From: Thiohalophilus sp.
Lineage (GTDB): Bacteria > Pseudomonadota > Gammaproteobacteria > UBA6429 > Thiohalophilaceae
Direction: 5' to 3'
Assembly: GCF_034521165.1 (NCBI RefSeq)
Contig: NZ_JAXHMV010000002.1
Span: 197,467 to 261,466 of the forward strand
DNA: 64,000 nt
Positions 45,091-53,670 of this stretch are shown here, piece by piece. The position numbers and the translations under genes are program-made. Numbering within the stretch: the first letter of the stretch is position 1; every line of letters begins with the position of its first letter. Below the pieces are notes generated by a model. It was not told the origin of the DNA and made no database searches. It was given only the letters and a program-made list of their open reading frames with translations.

Positions 45091-46682
45091 AGCGCCGGCT
45101 GTGGCATTTTCACGGCGGCTTGCGCCTGCCCGGCCACAAGGCCGAATCCATGCAGGAGCCGGTGCATAGCGCCAGCATCCCGCCGCGCTTGATCGTCCCC
45201 TTGCAGCAACATATTGGCGAGCCGGCCGAGCCGGAAGTCGAAGTCGGCCAGCGGGTCCTGAAAGGCCAGCGTCTGGCCCACGCCACCGAATACGTGAGTG
45301 TCCCGGTGCATGCCCCGACCTCCGGCACGGTCCGGGCCATCGAGGAACACCCGATCCCCCATCCCTCGGGCTTGCAGGCGCCCTGTATCGTGATCGACAG
45401 CGACGGCGAGGACGCGTGGACCGAGCTGACACCCCGCCCCGATTATGCCGGGCTGGAACCGAGCGCCCTGCGCAATGTGATTCGCGAGGCCGGGATTGTC
45501 GGTCTGGGTGGCGCCGGCTTTCCCGCCTTTATCAAACTCAATGCCGGTCCCGGCAATGTCGTCGATACGCTGATTCTCAATGGCGCCGAATGTGAGCCCT
45601 ATATCACCTGCGATGCGATCCTGATGCAGGAACAACCGCGGCGCATTATCGATGGCCTGTTGATCATGCGCCATGCGGTCCAGGCCAGACACTGCATCAT
45701 CGCCCTGGAGGACAACAAGCCCCGGGCCTATGAAAGCCTGCGCGAGGCCCTCAGTGACGAGGAAAAAACCTTTATCGAACTGGTGCAGGTCCCGACCATT
45801 TACCCCACCGGGGGCGAAAAACAGCTGATCAAGGTGCTCACCGGCAAGGAAGTACCCAGTCATGGCCTGCCGCTGGATATCCACGTGGTCTGTCACAATG
45901 TCGGCACCGCCGCGGCCGTGGCGGATGCCATCCATCGTGGCCAGCCGCTGATTTCCCGTTATGTCACCGTCACCGGCGAAGCGATCGGCCAACCTTCCAA
46001 TCTGGATGTATTGATCGGCACGCCCTTCTCCGCCCTGCTCGAACAATGTGGCTGGCGCGACGATCAGGATCATGAGCTGATCATGGGCGGTCCGTTAATG
46101 GGCTTCAATGTCGCCTCGCCCGATGTCCCGGTCATCAAAACGACTAACTGTATTCTTTCCTGGCCGAGTTCCGCAGAACAACATACCCCCATGCCCTGTA
46201 TCCGTTGTGGTGAATGCGCGCGCGTCTGCCCGGCGCAACTGTTGCCGCAACAGCTTTACTGGTATGCGCGGGCGAAAAATTTCGACCGGGTGCAGGATTT
46301 CAATCTGTTCGACTGTATCGAATGCGGCTGCTGCGCCTATGTGTGTCCCAGTCATATTCCGCTGGTGCAGTATTACCGCTTTGCCAAGACGGAAATCTGG
46401 GCCCAGGAACGGGAAAAGCGCAAAGCCGACCTGGCCCGCGAACGGCATGAGTTTCGCCAGGAACGTCTCGAACGCAAGAAACGTGAGGACGAGGAACGCA
46501 AGCAGCGCAAAAAAGAAATGCTCAAAAAAAGCCAGGGCGACAAAAGCGAAAGTGACGATAACAAAAAAGCCACCATTGAAGCGGCCAAGGCGCGCGCCAG
46601 GGCACGCCGGGCGGAGTCGTCAAAAGCGGACACCCCCGCGGACGATGCGACCGCCCCGAACAATGACAAGGAAGAATCATGA
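45087..46682 (+). CDS. rnfC: electron transport complex subunit RnfC
   Basis: The start was reassigned to [12 protein letters not shown], giving an ATGA overlap with rnfB. The NADH/FMN-binding GLGGAGFP and two 4Fe-4S motifs are present, with a Lys/Glu-rich C-terminal tail. Confidence 0.93.
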   Translation: MKRRLWHFHGGLRLPGHKAESMQEPVHSASIPPRLIVPLQQHIGEPAEPEVEVGQRVLKGQRLAHATEYVSVPVHAPTSGTVRAIEEHPIPHPSGLQAPCIVIDSDGEDAWTELTPRPDYAGLEPSALRNVIREAGIVGLGGAGFPAFIKLNAGPGNVVDTLILNGAECEPYITCDAILMQEQPRRIIDGLLIMRHAVQARHCIIALEDNKPRAYESLREALSDEEKTFIELVQVPTIYPTGGEKQLIKVLTGKEVPSHGLPLDIHVVCHNVGTAAAVADAIHRGQPLISRYVTVTGEAIGQPSNLDVLIGTPFSALLEQCGWRDDQDHELIMGGPLMGFNVASPDVPVIKTTNCILSWPSSAEQHTPMPCIRCGECARVCPAQLLPQQLYWYARAKNFDRVQDFNLFDCIECGCCAYVCPSHIPLVQYYRFAKTEIWAQEREKRKADLARERHEFRQERLERKKREDEERKQRKKEMLKKSQGDKSESDDNKKATIEAAKARARARRAESSKADTPADDATAPNNDKEES

Positions 46683-47710
46683 ACCTGTCGTTACATAGCT
46701 CGCCGCATCTACAAAGCGGTAACCAGGTCAACCGGATGATGCTGGCGGTGATCTATGCGCTGATCCCCGGCGTGCTGGCGTATATGCACTTTTTCGGCCC
46801 GGGCGTCATTATCAATATCACGCTGGCGGTCGTCACGGCGCTGGCCGCCGAGGCGCTGATGCTGCGCCTGCGCAAGCGGCCGATCAAGCCGTTCTTGATG
46901 GATGGCAGCGCGGTGGTGACCGGGATTCTGCTTGGCGTGGCCCTGCCCTCACTGACACCCTGGTGGTTGCCTGTTCTGGGTGCCGGCTTTGCCCTGATCA
47001 TTGCCAAACATTTATACGGCGGGCTGGGCTACAACCCTTTCAACCCGGCCATGGTTGGCTATGCCATGTTGCTGATCGCTTTCCCGCGCGAGATGACCCT
47101 GTGGCTGACGCCCGAAGTGCATGACATCACGTTGCTCGACACGCTGCGTTATACCTTCCTGGAACAGCTCCCCGCCGGGCAAAACCTGGATGCCCTGACC
47201 GCCGCCACGCCCCTGGATGCCATCAAAACCGCGTTGTCACAGAATCTGACCCTGACCGAAATTCATAACAGCAGTACCGAGCTGTTCGGCATGTTCTCCG
47301 GCCATGGCTGGGAGTGGATCAATCTGCTGTTCATGCTGGGCGGGCTGGTGCTGATTTACATGCGCGTCATCAGCTGGCATATCCCGCTGGCCATGCTGGC
47401 GACCCTTTTTCTGGTCTCCGGCCTGTTTCATCTGAACGATCCCGACGCTTTTACTTCGCCGCTGTTCCATCTGTTCGGTGGCGCCACCATGCTCGGTGCG
47501 TTTTTCATCGCCACCGATCCGGTCACGGCGGCGACCACCAACCGTGGCCGGATCATCTACGGCATCGGGATCGGCCTGTTGCTGTATATCATCCGCACCT
47601 GGGGCGGTTATCCCGATGCCGTCGCCTTTGCCGTGCTGCTGATGAACATGGCGGTTCCCACGATTGATTACTATACCCGGCCGCCGGTCTTTGGTGAGGG
47701 GCAGTCATGA
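46679..47710 (+). CDS. rnfD: electron transport complex subunit RnfD
   Basis: This is a 343-aa polytopic membrane protein. The start overlaps rnfC by 4 nt. Confidence 0.93.
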   Translation: MNLSLHSSPHLQSGNQVNRMMLAVIYALIPGVLAYMHFFGPGVIINITLAVVTALAAEALMLRLRKRPIKPFLMDGSAVVTGILLGVALPSLTPWWLPVLGAGFALIIAKHLYGGLGYNPFNPAMVGYAMLLIAFPREMTLWLTPEVHDITLLDTLRYTFLEQLPAGQNLDALTAATPLDAIKTALSQNLTLTEIHNSSTELFGMFSGHGWEWINLLFMLGGLVLIYMRVISWHIPLAMLATLFLVSGLFHLNDPDAFTSPLFHLFGGATMLGAFFIATDPVTAATTNRGRIIYGIGIGLLLYIIRTWGGYPDAVAFAVLLMNMAVPTIDYYTRPPVFGEGQS

Positions 47711-48360
47711 TGCGGGCACTGATCAAACACATGACGATCAGCGCGGTCCTGCTGGGCGGTTTTGCCGTGATCGGTGCCGGGCTGGTCGCCTGGATCCAGC
47801 AACAGACTGCGCCCACGATCAAGGCGAACGAACAGGCCGCCCTGTTACGTAACCTCCACAGCCTGGTTCCGCCAGAGACGCATGACAACAAATTGACCCG
47901 GGATACCATCCAGGTCCGCGATGAAACCCTGCTGGGCACCCCCGAACCGGTAACGGTCTACCGGGCACGCCAGAACGGAGAGCCGGTCACGGCGATTCTC
48001 AACGTCATCGCCCCCGACGGCTATAGCGGCCGCATCAACCTGCTGGTCGCCATTCGCTATAATGGGGAACTGGCCGGGGTGCGGGTCATCAATCATAGCG
48101 AGACGCCGGGACTGGGCGATGCCATCGACGCCGACCGCTCCGACTGGATTCACAGCTTCAGCGGCAAATCCCTGGACAATCCCGGCCCGGCCGGCTGGAA
48201 GGTCAAAAAAGACGGCGGCCAGTTCGATCAGTTCACCGGCGCGACAGTCACCCCGCGCGCCGTTGTCAAAGCGGTGCATAACGCGCTTAAATATTACGAC
48301 AAACATCGCGAACAACTGTTTCGCCCAACCGACAACCCGACGACGGACGACCCGGCATGA
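47707..48360 (+). CDS. rnfG: electron transport complex subunit RnfG
   Basis: The 217-aa product has an N-terminal TM anchor and the FMN-attachment region [10 protein letters not shown]. The start overlaps rnfD by 4 nt. Confidence 0.9.
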   Translation: MMRALIKHMTISAVLLGGFAVIGAGLVAWIQQQTAPTIKANEQAALLRNLHSLVPPETHDNKLTRDTIQVRDETLLGTPEPVTVYRARQNGEPVTAILNVIAPDGYSGRINLLVAIRYNGELAGVRVINHSETPGLGDAIDADRSDWIHSFSGKSLDNPGPAGWKVKKDGGQFDQFTGATVTPRAVVKAVHNALKYYDKHREQLFRPTDNPTTDDPA

Positions 48361-49049
48361 CAACGAATCCCTACAGCACCCTGATCCGCGACGGCCTGTG
48401 GACCAACAACGTGGCATTTGTCCAGCTACTGGGCCTGTGTCCGTTGCTGGCGGTCACCAACACCATGATCAACGGCCTGGGCCTGGGACTGGCCACCATT
48501 TTGACGCTGGTCGTGTCGAATACCACCGTCTCGCTGATTCGCCGCTGGGTGCGCCCCGAAATCCGGGTACCGGTGTTTGTCATGATCATCGCCTCGGTGG
48601 TCACCGTGATTGAACTGAGCATGAATGCCTGGTTTCACGAGCTGTACAAAATCCTGGGGATCTTCATTCCGCTGATCGTCACCAACTGCTCAATTCTGGC
48701 GCGTGCCGAAAGCTTCGCCTCGAAAAATCCGGTCCCGCAGGCCTTCACCGACGGCCTGTTCATGGGACTCGGCTTCACCGCCGTGCTGGTCACCCTCGGC
48801 GCCATGCGTGAAATCCTGGGCTTCGGCACCCTGCTGCGCCAGGCCGAACTGATGTTCGGCCAGGGCGCCGAGTGGATGACTCTGGTCCTGTTCGAAGACT
48901 ACCGCGGCTACCTGCTGGCCATCCTCCCCCCCGGCGCCTTTATCGGTCTTGGATTGCTGATCGCCGTCAAAAACCTGATCGACCAGCGCCGCGCCGAAAG
49001 CCGCAAAGCAGCCATCGCTACAGAACAACCCGCCAGTGCCGCCACTTAA
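48357..49049 (+). CDS. rnfE: electron transport complex subunit RnfE
   Basis: This 230-aa protein is a paralogue of RnfA. The start overlaps rnfG by 4 nt. Confidence 0.93.
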   Translation: MTTNPYSTLIRDGLWTNNVAFVQLLGLCPLLAVTNTMINGLGLGLATILTLVVSNTTVSLIRRWVRPEIRVPVFVMIIASVVTVIELSMNAWFHELYKILGIFIPLIVTNCSILARAESFASKNPVPQAFTDGLFMGLGFTAVLVTLGAMREILGFGTLLRQAELMFGQGAEWMTLVLFEDYRGYLLAILPPGAFIGLGLLIAVKNLIDQRRAESRKAAIATEQPASAAT

Positions 49050-49098
49050 TGGGCAGGAGGCAAGCGAATGACTTTCTCCTTTCAACGTACTGGAAATT

Positions 49099-49253
49099 AC
49101 GCCAAGAACGCCAAGGCGCAGAGAACGCAAAGGAACTGAATTTATTTTTACCATATCTTCTATTTGATTAGGCAATTTCAAAATCAATGAGCCTTGGCAA
49201 CATAAATACATTAATAATAACTTTGCGTTCTTGGCGACTTTGCGACCTTTGCA
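49099..49253. repeat. palindromic low-complexity intergenic element, copy H
   Basis: The arms are ACGCCAAGAACGCCAAGGCGCAGAGAACGCAAAGG / CTTTGCGTTCTTGGCGACTTTGCGACCTTTGCA, around an AT-rich ~85-nt core. Confidence 0.6.
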
Positions 49254-49307
49254 CCCACACAACGGGCATAAACGTTTTTTACAGCAGCCTTTAAAAAAGA
49301 ATAAAAA

Positions 49308-49943
49308 ATGAACCCCGAGAAGCGACGTGAGATTTTCAAGCGGCTGAAAAAAGCAAATCCGCACCCCACTACCGAGCTGAACTACCGCACGCCGTTTGAA
49401 CTATTGATTGCGGTGATTCTCTCGGCGCAGGCCACGGACAAGGGGGTTAACAAGGCCACCAGAGAGTTGTTCAAGGTCGCCCGAAGCCCGAAAAAGATCC
49501 TGGAGCTCGGCGAATCCGGGCTGAAGGAACACATCAAGAGCATCGGGCTGTTCAACAGCAAGGCCAAAAATATCATCAAGACCTGCCAGATCCTGGTCGA
49601 GCAGCACGCTGGCAAGGTCCCCGAGGATCGGGCCGCGCTGGAGGCCTTGCCCGGGGTCGGGCGCAAGACCGCCAACGTGATTCTCAATACGGCCTTCGGC
49701 CACCCCACTATCGCCGTGGACACCCATATCTTCCGGGTCAGTAATCGCACCGGCCTGGCGCCGGGCAAGACCGTGCTGGAGGTGGAGAAAAAACTGCTCA
49801 AGATGGTCCCCGAGGAATACAAAAAAGACGCCCATCACTGGCTCATCCTGCACGGGCGCTACATCTGCGTGGCCCGTACACCGCGCTGCGGGGCCTGTGT
49901 CATCGAGGACCTGTGCGAGTACAAAGACAAGACCGCCGACTGA
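49308..49943 (+). CDS. nth: endonuclease III
   Basis: The HhH-GPD motif LPGVGRKTANV and the 4Fe-4S cluster loop CVARTPRCGACVIEDLC are present. The gene follows rnfE, as in E. coli. Confidence 0.95.
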   Translation: MNPEKRREIFKRLKKANPHPTTELNYRTPFELLIAVILSAQATDKGVNKATRELFKVARSPKKILELGESGLKEHIKSIGLFNSKAKNIIKTCQILVEQHAGKVPEDRAALEALPGVGRKTANVILNTAFGHPTIAVDTHIFRVSNRTGLAPGKTVLEVEKKLLKMVPEEYKKDAHHWLILHGRYICVARTPRCGACVIEDLCEYKDKTAD

Positions 49944-49963
49944 TTCCTTTTTTTATGACTGGT

Positions 49964-50131
49964 GGAATAAACGCCAAGAACGCAAAGACGCCAAGGGCGC
50001 TAAGAAAATAAGTATTTACAGACCGTCTCGAGCGCAAATCAATTCAGGTAGTACTCAACGTTGAACCGGAAAAATAAAATAATTTAACTCTCTTTGCGTT
50101 CTCTGCGTCTTCGCGTTCTTGGCGTTATTCC
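49964..50131. repeat. palindromic low-complexity intergenic element, copy I
   Basis: The arms are GGAATAAACGCCAAGAACGCAAAGACGCCAAGGGCGCTAAG / CTCTTTGCGTTCTCTGCGTCTTCGCGTTCTTGGCGTTATTCC, roughly 85 percent complementary by eye. Confidence 0.65.
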
Positions 50132-50332
50132 CAGCAGCCGGTGAGCAAGCCCCGGCAAAGATAGAATATTAGCAGAAACTTATATAGAGGCCCGGACCAG
50201 GAACCATTGGGTCCTGACAGGGTCACAATTCAGGAATGGCGTGGTTTTTTTATATCATTTCTGTTGTAAGGTTGAGCGCGATACCACGACTAAATAACTA
50301 ACCAACAATGACACACATGGAGAATGCAGATT

Positions 50333-50701
50333 ATGTCTAACCGTAAATCATCGAAAACCCTGACGCTTGCCCTGGGTACGGCCTTTGCCGCCAGCATGGC
50401 CGCCAGCAACGTCGCCACAGCGGCCGAAGCCGGCAGCAACCCCTTCGCCATGAGCGAGCTGTCCAGCGGCTATATGCAGCTGGCCGACAGCCATATGGAA
50501 GGCAAATGTGGTGAAGGCAAGTGCGGCGGCGACAAGGACAAAGCCAAGAAAGAAGGCAAGTGTGGCGAAGGTAAATGCGGCGGCGACAAGGACAAAGCCA
50601 AGAAAGAAGGCAAGTGCGGCGAAGGTAAATGCGGCGGCGACAAGGCCAAAGCCAAGAAGGAAGGCAAGTGCGGCGAAGGTAAATGCGGCGGCAGCAAGTA
50701 A
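50333..50701 (+). CDS. hvfA: secreted Cys-repeat RiPP precursor (HvfA-like, eight EGKCG motifs)
   Basis: A GGAGA RBS lies 9 nt before the second ATG (50333); the ORF is open from 50324. It has a Sec-type signal peptide (MSNRKSSK + TLTLALGTAFAASMAAS + NVATAAEA) and a short segment SNPFAMSELSSGYMQLA. These are followed by 4 x (EGKCGEGKCGG + DKDKAKK-type spacer). All 8 Cys residues lie in an EGKCG context. Confidence 0.85.
   Translation: MSNRKSSKTLTLALGTAFAASMAASNVATAAEAGSNPFAMSELSSGYMQLADSHMEGKCGEGKCGGDKDKAKKEGKCGEGKCGGDKDKAKKEGKCGEGKCGGDKAKAKKEGKCGEGKCGGSK
50498..50698 (+). repeat. 3.7 tandem copies of a 54-bp coding repeat inside the precursor gene
   Basis: The units start at 50498, 50552, 50606 and 50660. 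Neighbouring units differ at only 3-4 positions, mostly synonymous third positions. Confidence 0.9.
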
Positions 50702-50719
50702 GCGGCCAAAGGAACTGAC

Positions 50720-51577
50720 ATGAACACGACAAGCTATCCTGTTCATGGCGCCGGACTGGGTCTGCGGCGGTCCATTATGGAACCGCTCGCGGACCCGTTT
50801 CCTTCGCAGGTCGATTTCATGGAAATCGCCCCGGAAAACTGGATCGGCGTCGGCGGCAGTTACGGCCGCAAGTTACGCGCGTTTACCGAACGCTATCCCT
50901 TTGTGACCCACGGCCTGTCCCTGTCGCTGGGCAGTCCCGCACCGCTGGACGAGGCCTTTTTACAACGCCTCAAACGGTTTCTCAAACAACACAATATTCG
51001 CATTTACACCGAACATCTGAGCTATTGTAGCGACGATGGACATCTTTATGATCTGATGCCGATTCCGTTTACCGAGGAAGCCGTGCATCATGTTGCCGGG
51101 CGTATCCGCCGCGTGCAGGATATCCTGGAGCAGCCGATCGCCGTGGAGAATGTCTCTTACTATGCCGCCCCGGGCAAACAGATGGAAGAAATCGAATTCA
51201 TCAATGCGGTGCTCGAAGAAGCCGACTGCCGGCTGTTGCTGGATGTGAATAATATTTACGTCAACAGCGTCAATCACCGCTATGACGCGGAACAATTCCT
51301 GCGTGCACTCCCTGCCGAACGTATCAGCTATATCCATGTTGCCGGGCACTACAATGAAGCCGAGGATCTGATCGTCGACACCCATGGCGCCCCGGTGATC
51401 GATCCGGTCTGGGAGTTGTTGAAAAAGACCTATCAGCATTTTGGCGTAATCCCGACCATGCTGGAGCGGGATTTTAACCTGCCGCCGATCGAGGAACTGC
51501 TGGACGAGGTTGACACCATCAGCGCCCTGCAACAGCAGGCCCGGCCGCAACAGGCGTTGCATGAGCAATCGAACTGA
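50720..51577 (+). CDS. hvfB: DUF692 / MNIO (multinuclear non-heme iron oxidative) RiPP maturase
   Basis: The 285-aa product has a typical DUF692 TIM-barrel motif series: [69 protein letters not shown]. It starts 18 nt after the precursor stop, with an AAGGAA RBS. Confidence 0.9.
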   Translation: MNTTSYPVHGAGLGLRRSIMEPLADPFPSQVDFMEIAPENWIGVGGSYGRKLRAFTERYPFVTHGLSLSLGSPAPLDEAFLQRLKRFLKQHNIRIYTEHLSYCSDDGHLYDLMPIPFTEEAVHHVAGRIRRVQDILEQPIAVENVSYYAAPGKQMEEIEFINAVLEEADCRLLLDVNNIYVNSVNHRYDAEQFLRALPAERISYIHVAGHYNEAEDLIVDTHGAPVIDPVWELLKKTYQHFGVIPTMLERDFNLPPIEELLDEVDTISALQQQARPQQALHEQSN

Positions 51578-52355
51578 GATGACGGATTTTCAACAACAGC
51601 AATATCGCTTTGCGGCGCACATCCGCGATCCGCAGGCCAGCCCGGCCCCGGCCGATGTCGAGGATCGGCGCATGGCCATTTACCGGGAGCTGTTTTACAA
51701 CAATGTCGAAGGCTTCATGGCCGACAGTTTCCCCGTCCTGCGCCAGCTACTGAATGATGAAAAATGGCATCGGCTGATTCGCCACTATTTTGCCAGTCAC
51801 AGGGCCACCACCCCGCTGTTTCCGGAAATGCCCCGGGAGTTCCTGCATTACCTGGAGCACGAACGGACCGCCGAAGCTGACGACCCGCCGTTCATGTTCG
51901 AGCTTGCCCATTACGAGTGGGTCGAGCTGGCACTGAGCCTCTCCGATCAGGAGCCGGACTGGCCCCGAATCGATACCCAGGGCGATCTGCTCAAAGGCCG
52001 GCCGCAGCTTTCCCCCCTGGCCTGGCCGCTCAGCTATCACTACCCTGTCCATCTGATTGGCCCCGATTTTCGTCCCGACCAGCCCTCCGAGCAGCCGACC
52101 TGGTTGCTGGTCTACCGCGATGCGCGCGATGAGATCACCTTCATGGAACTCAACCCGGTCACCGCCCGGCTGTTGCAGCTGATCGACAACAGCGAACATG
52201 CCACCGGCGAGGCGATGCTCGAGCAGATTGCCGCGGAACTCAATCACCCCGATCCCGCGGTGGTCATCGAGGGCGGGCAGCAAATTCTGAACGATCTGCA
52301 CCAGCGCGGTGTCATACCCGGTATCCGGTTACCCGGTCATTCACCGGCCAGCTAA
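51561..52355 (+). CDS. hvfC: DUF2063 partner protein (HvfC/BufC/MbnC-type peptide-recognition chaperone)
   Basis: DUF2063 hallmarks [31 protein letters not shown] and ELAHYEW are present. The start at 51561 overlaps the MNIO gene by 17 nt; an alternative ATG at 51579 lies 2 nt after its stop. Confidence 0.85.
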   Translation: MSNRTEMTDFQQQQYRFAAHIRDPQASPAPADVEDRRMAIYRELFYNNVEGFMADSFPVLRQLLNDEKWHRLIRHYFASHRATTPLFPEMPREFLHYLEHERTAEADDPPFMFELAHYEWVELALSLSDQEPDWPRIDTQGDLLKGRPQLSPLAWPLSYHYPVHLIGPDFRPDQPSEQPTWLLVYRDARDEITFMELNPVTARLLQLIDNSEHATGEAMLEQIAAELNHPDPAVVIEGGQQILNDLHQRGVIPGIRLPGHSPAS

Positions 52356-52390
52356 CCGTTTTTCTTTCCAGATCTCCTCCTGTGGTCTGC

Positions 52391-52422
52391 AGCCGGCCAA
52401 TGTTGGGCCGGCTTTTCTTTTT
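52391..52422 (+). terminator. rho-independent terminator of the precursor-MNIO-DUF2063 operon
   Basis: The stem AGCCGGCC / GGCCGGCT with loop AATGTTG is followed by TTTTCTTTTT. It lies 36 nt after the DUF2063 stop. Confidence 0.65.
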
Positions 52423-52662
52423 GTCCGGACGCCGGTCACGCTTTGGGTGCTATAACTCACTGACATTAATGGTATAATACGGTCTGAATACGCCGCTCGG
52501 CGCACCCGTAAGTCTGGCGCGACTGTACCTGCCCGGCCGGCTGTAATACACTGCAACGGCCCCCGAAGAGGGGGTTGGGCCGCTATCTGGTACCAGAATC
52601 CGTTTCGGACACCGCATCCACCACCATGTCGGCCGTAAGCTGACAGTTGAACGACGTTTACT

Positions 52663-53670
52663 ATGAAAATTTCCGCCTCGATTTATTCCAACAAGCACAA
52701 GACACTGAAGGACATCGTTACCGATCTGGACGCGCACGGGACGGACTTATTTCATATCGACTGCAACGACGACCCTTCGGTTTTCGAGGACATTGCCCGG
52801 ATCCGGCAACTGAGCCGTACGCCCATCGATCTGCACATCATTACCCCGACACCCGGCAAATATTACGATCTGATTGCAAAACACGAGATCCACGCCGTTT
52901 GTTTCCAGTATGAAAATCTTCAGGAACCCCTCGCGATACCGGAAACGATTAGTGCCCGAACCGGCCTGGCCATCAGTTCCAGCACCGATATTGATGCCTT
53001 TGCACCCTACGCGGAACAACTTGATTTCGTACTGATCATGGCCACCACGCCGGGCAAGAGCGGCGGCACTTTCGACAAACACAATTTCCGCAAGATACGC
53101 CAGTTCCGCCAGCGGTTTCCACAAACCCGGATTCACGTCGATGGCGGGGTGAATCACGAAGTCTCATTCATCCTGCGCAACATGGGCGTGTATGCCGCCG
53201 TTTCAGGTTCTTACCTGATGAACAGCGACTCCATCGGCGCAGCGATGCTGAATCTCAAGACCCATGACATCGGCTCGCACTATCTGGTCGGGGATTTCAT
53301 GCGCCAGCTGGATGAGACGCCACTATTGCGCCCCGATGAATTGAGTGTGCGCAATATCCTGCAATCTATTGAGGACAACAAGCTCGGATTTACCCTGGTG
53401 GCCGACGAGAGTGATGTATTGCTCGGCATGATCACCAATGCCGATGTGCGCAAAGGGCTACTGAAACACATCGACAATCTCAATGCCCTGGAAGTCGCGG
53501 ACATGATCAACCCGTCGCCCGCTGCCGCGCGCGAGGATTTTACCGTGCAGGAACTGCTGGCCTATATTCAGGAGCAGACGTTCCCCGTCAATTATTTACC
53601 CGTCGTCAATAGCAAGCATGAGGTGACCGGTTCAGTCACATTCATGAATCTCGTTAAAGGTGAAGTATGA
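52663..53670 (+). CDS. ribulose-phosphate-3-epimerase-fold domain fused to a CBS-domain pair
   Basis: Residues 1-210 follow the RPE barrel pattern: SASIYS, FHIDCND, IDLHII, LIMATTPGKSGGTFD, IHVDGGVN, AAVSGSYL. The His/Asp metal ligands are retained. Residues ~215-335 are two CBS motifs (GMITNADVRKGL, VTGSVTFMNLVKG). Confidence 0.7.
   Translation: MKISASIYSNKHKTLKDIVTDLDAHGTDLFHIDCNDDPSVFEDIARIRQLSRTPIDLHIITPTPGKYYDLIAKHEIHAVCFQYENLQEPLAIPETISARTGLAISSSTDIDAFAPYAEQLDFVLIMATTPGKSGGTFDKHNFRKIRQFRQRFPQTRIHVDGGVNHEVSFILRNMGVYAAVSGSYLMNSDSIGAAMLNLKTHDIGSHYLVGDFMRQLDETPLLRPDELSVRNILQSIEDNKLGFTLVADESDVLLGMITNADVRKGLLKHIDNLNALEVADMINPSPAAAREDFTVQELLAYIQEQTFPVNYLPVVNSKHEVTGSVTFMNLVKGEV

Noticed and set aside
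50498-50698. I asked whether this tandem repeat could be a CRISPR or other non-coding array.
   Set aside because: The units are directly adjacent with no spacers. They are in frame with an upstream signal peptide, and the differences between units are mostly synonymous. This is a coding repeat.
50337-50746. Four ORFs of 71-132 aa lie in other frames or on the other strand across the EGKCG repeat region, for example one with PHLPSPHLPSFLAL repeats.
   Set aside because: They are by-products of the 54-bp tandem repeat. Only the + strand frame has an RBS, a signal peptide and operon logic with the MNIO gene.
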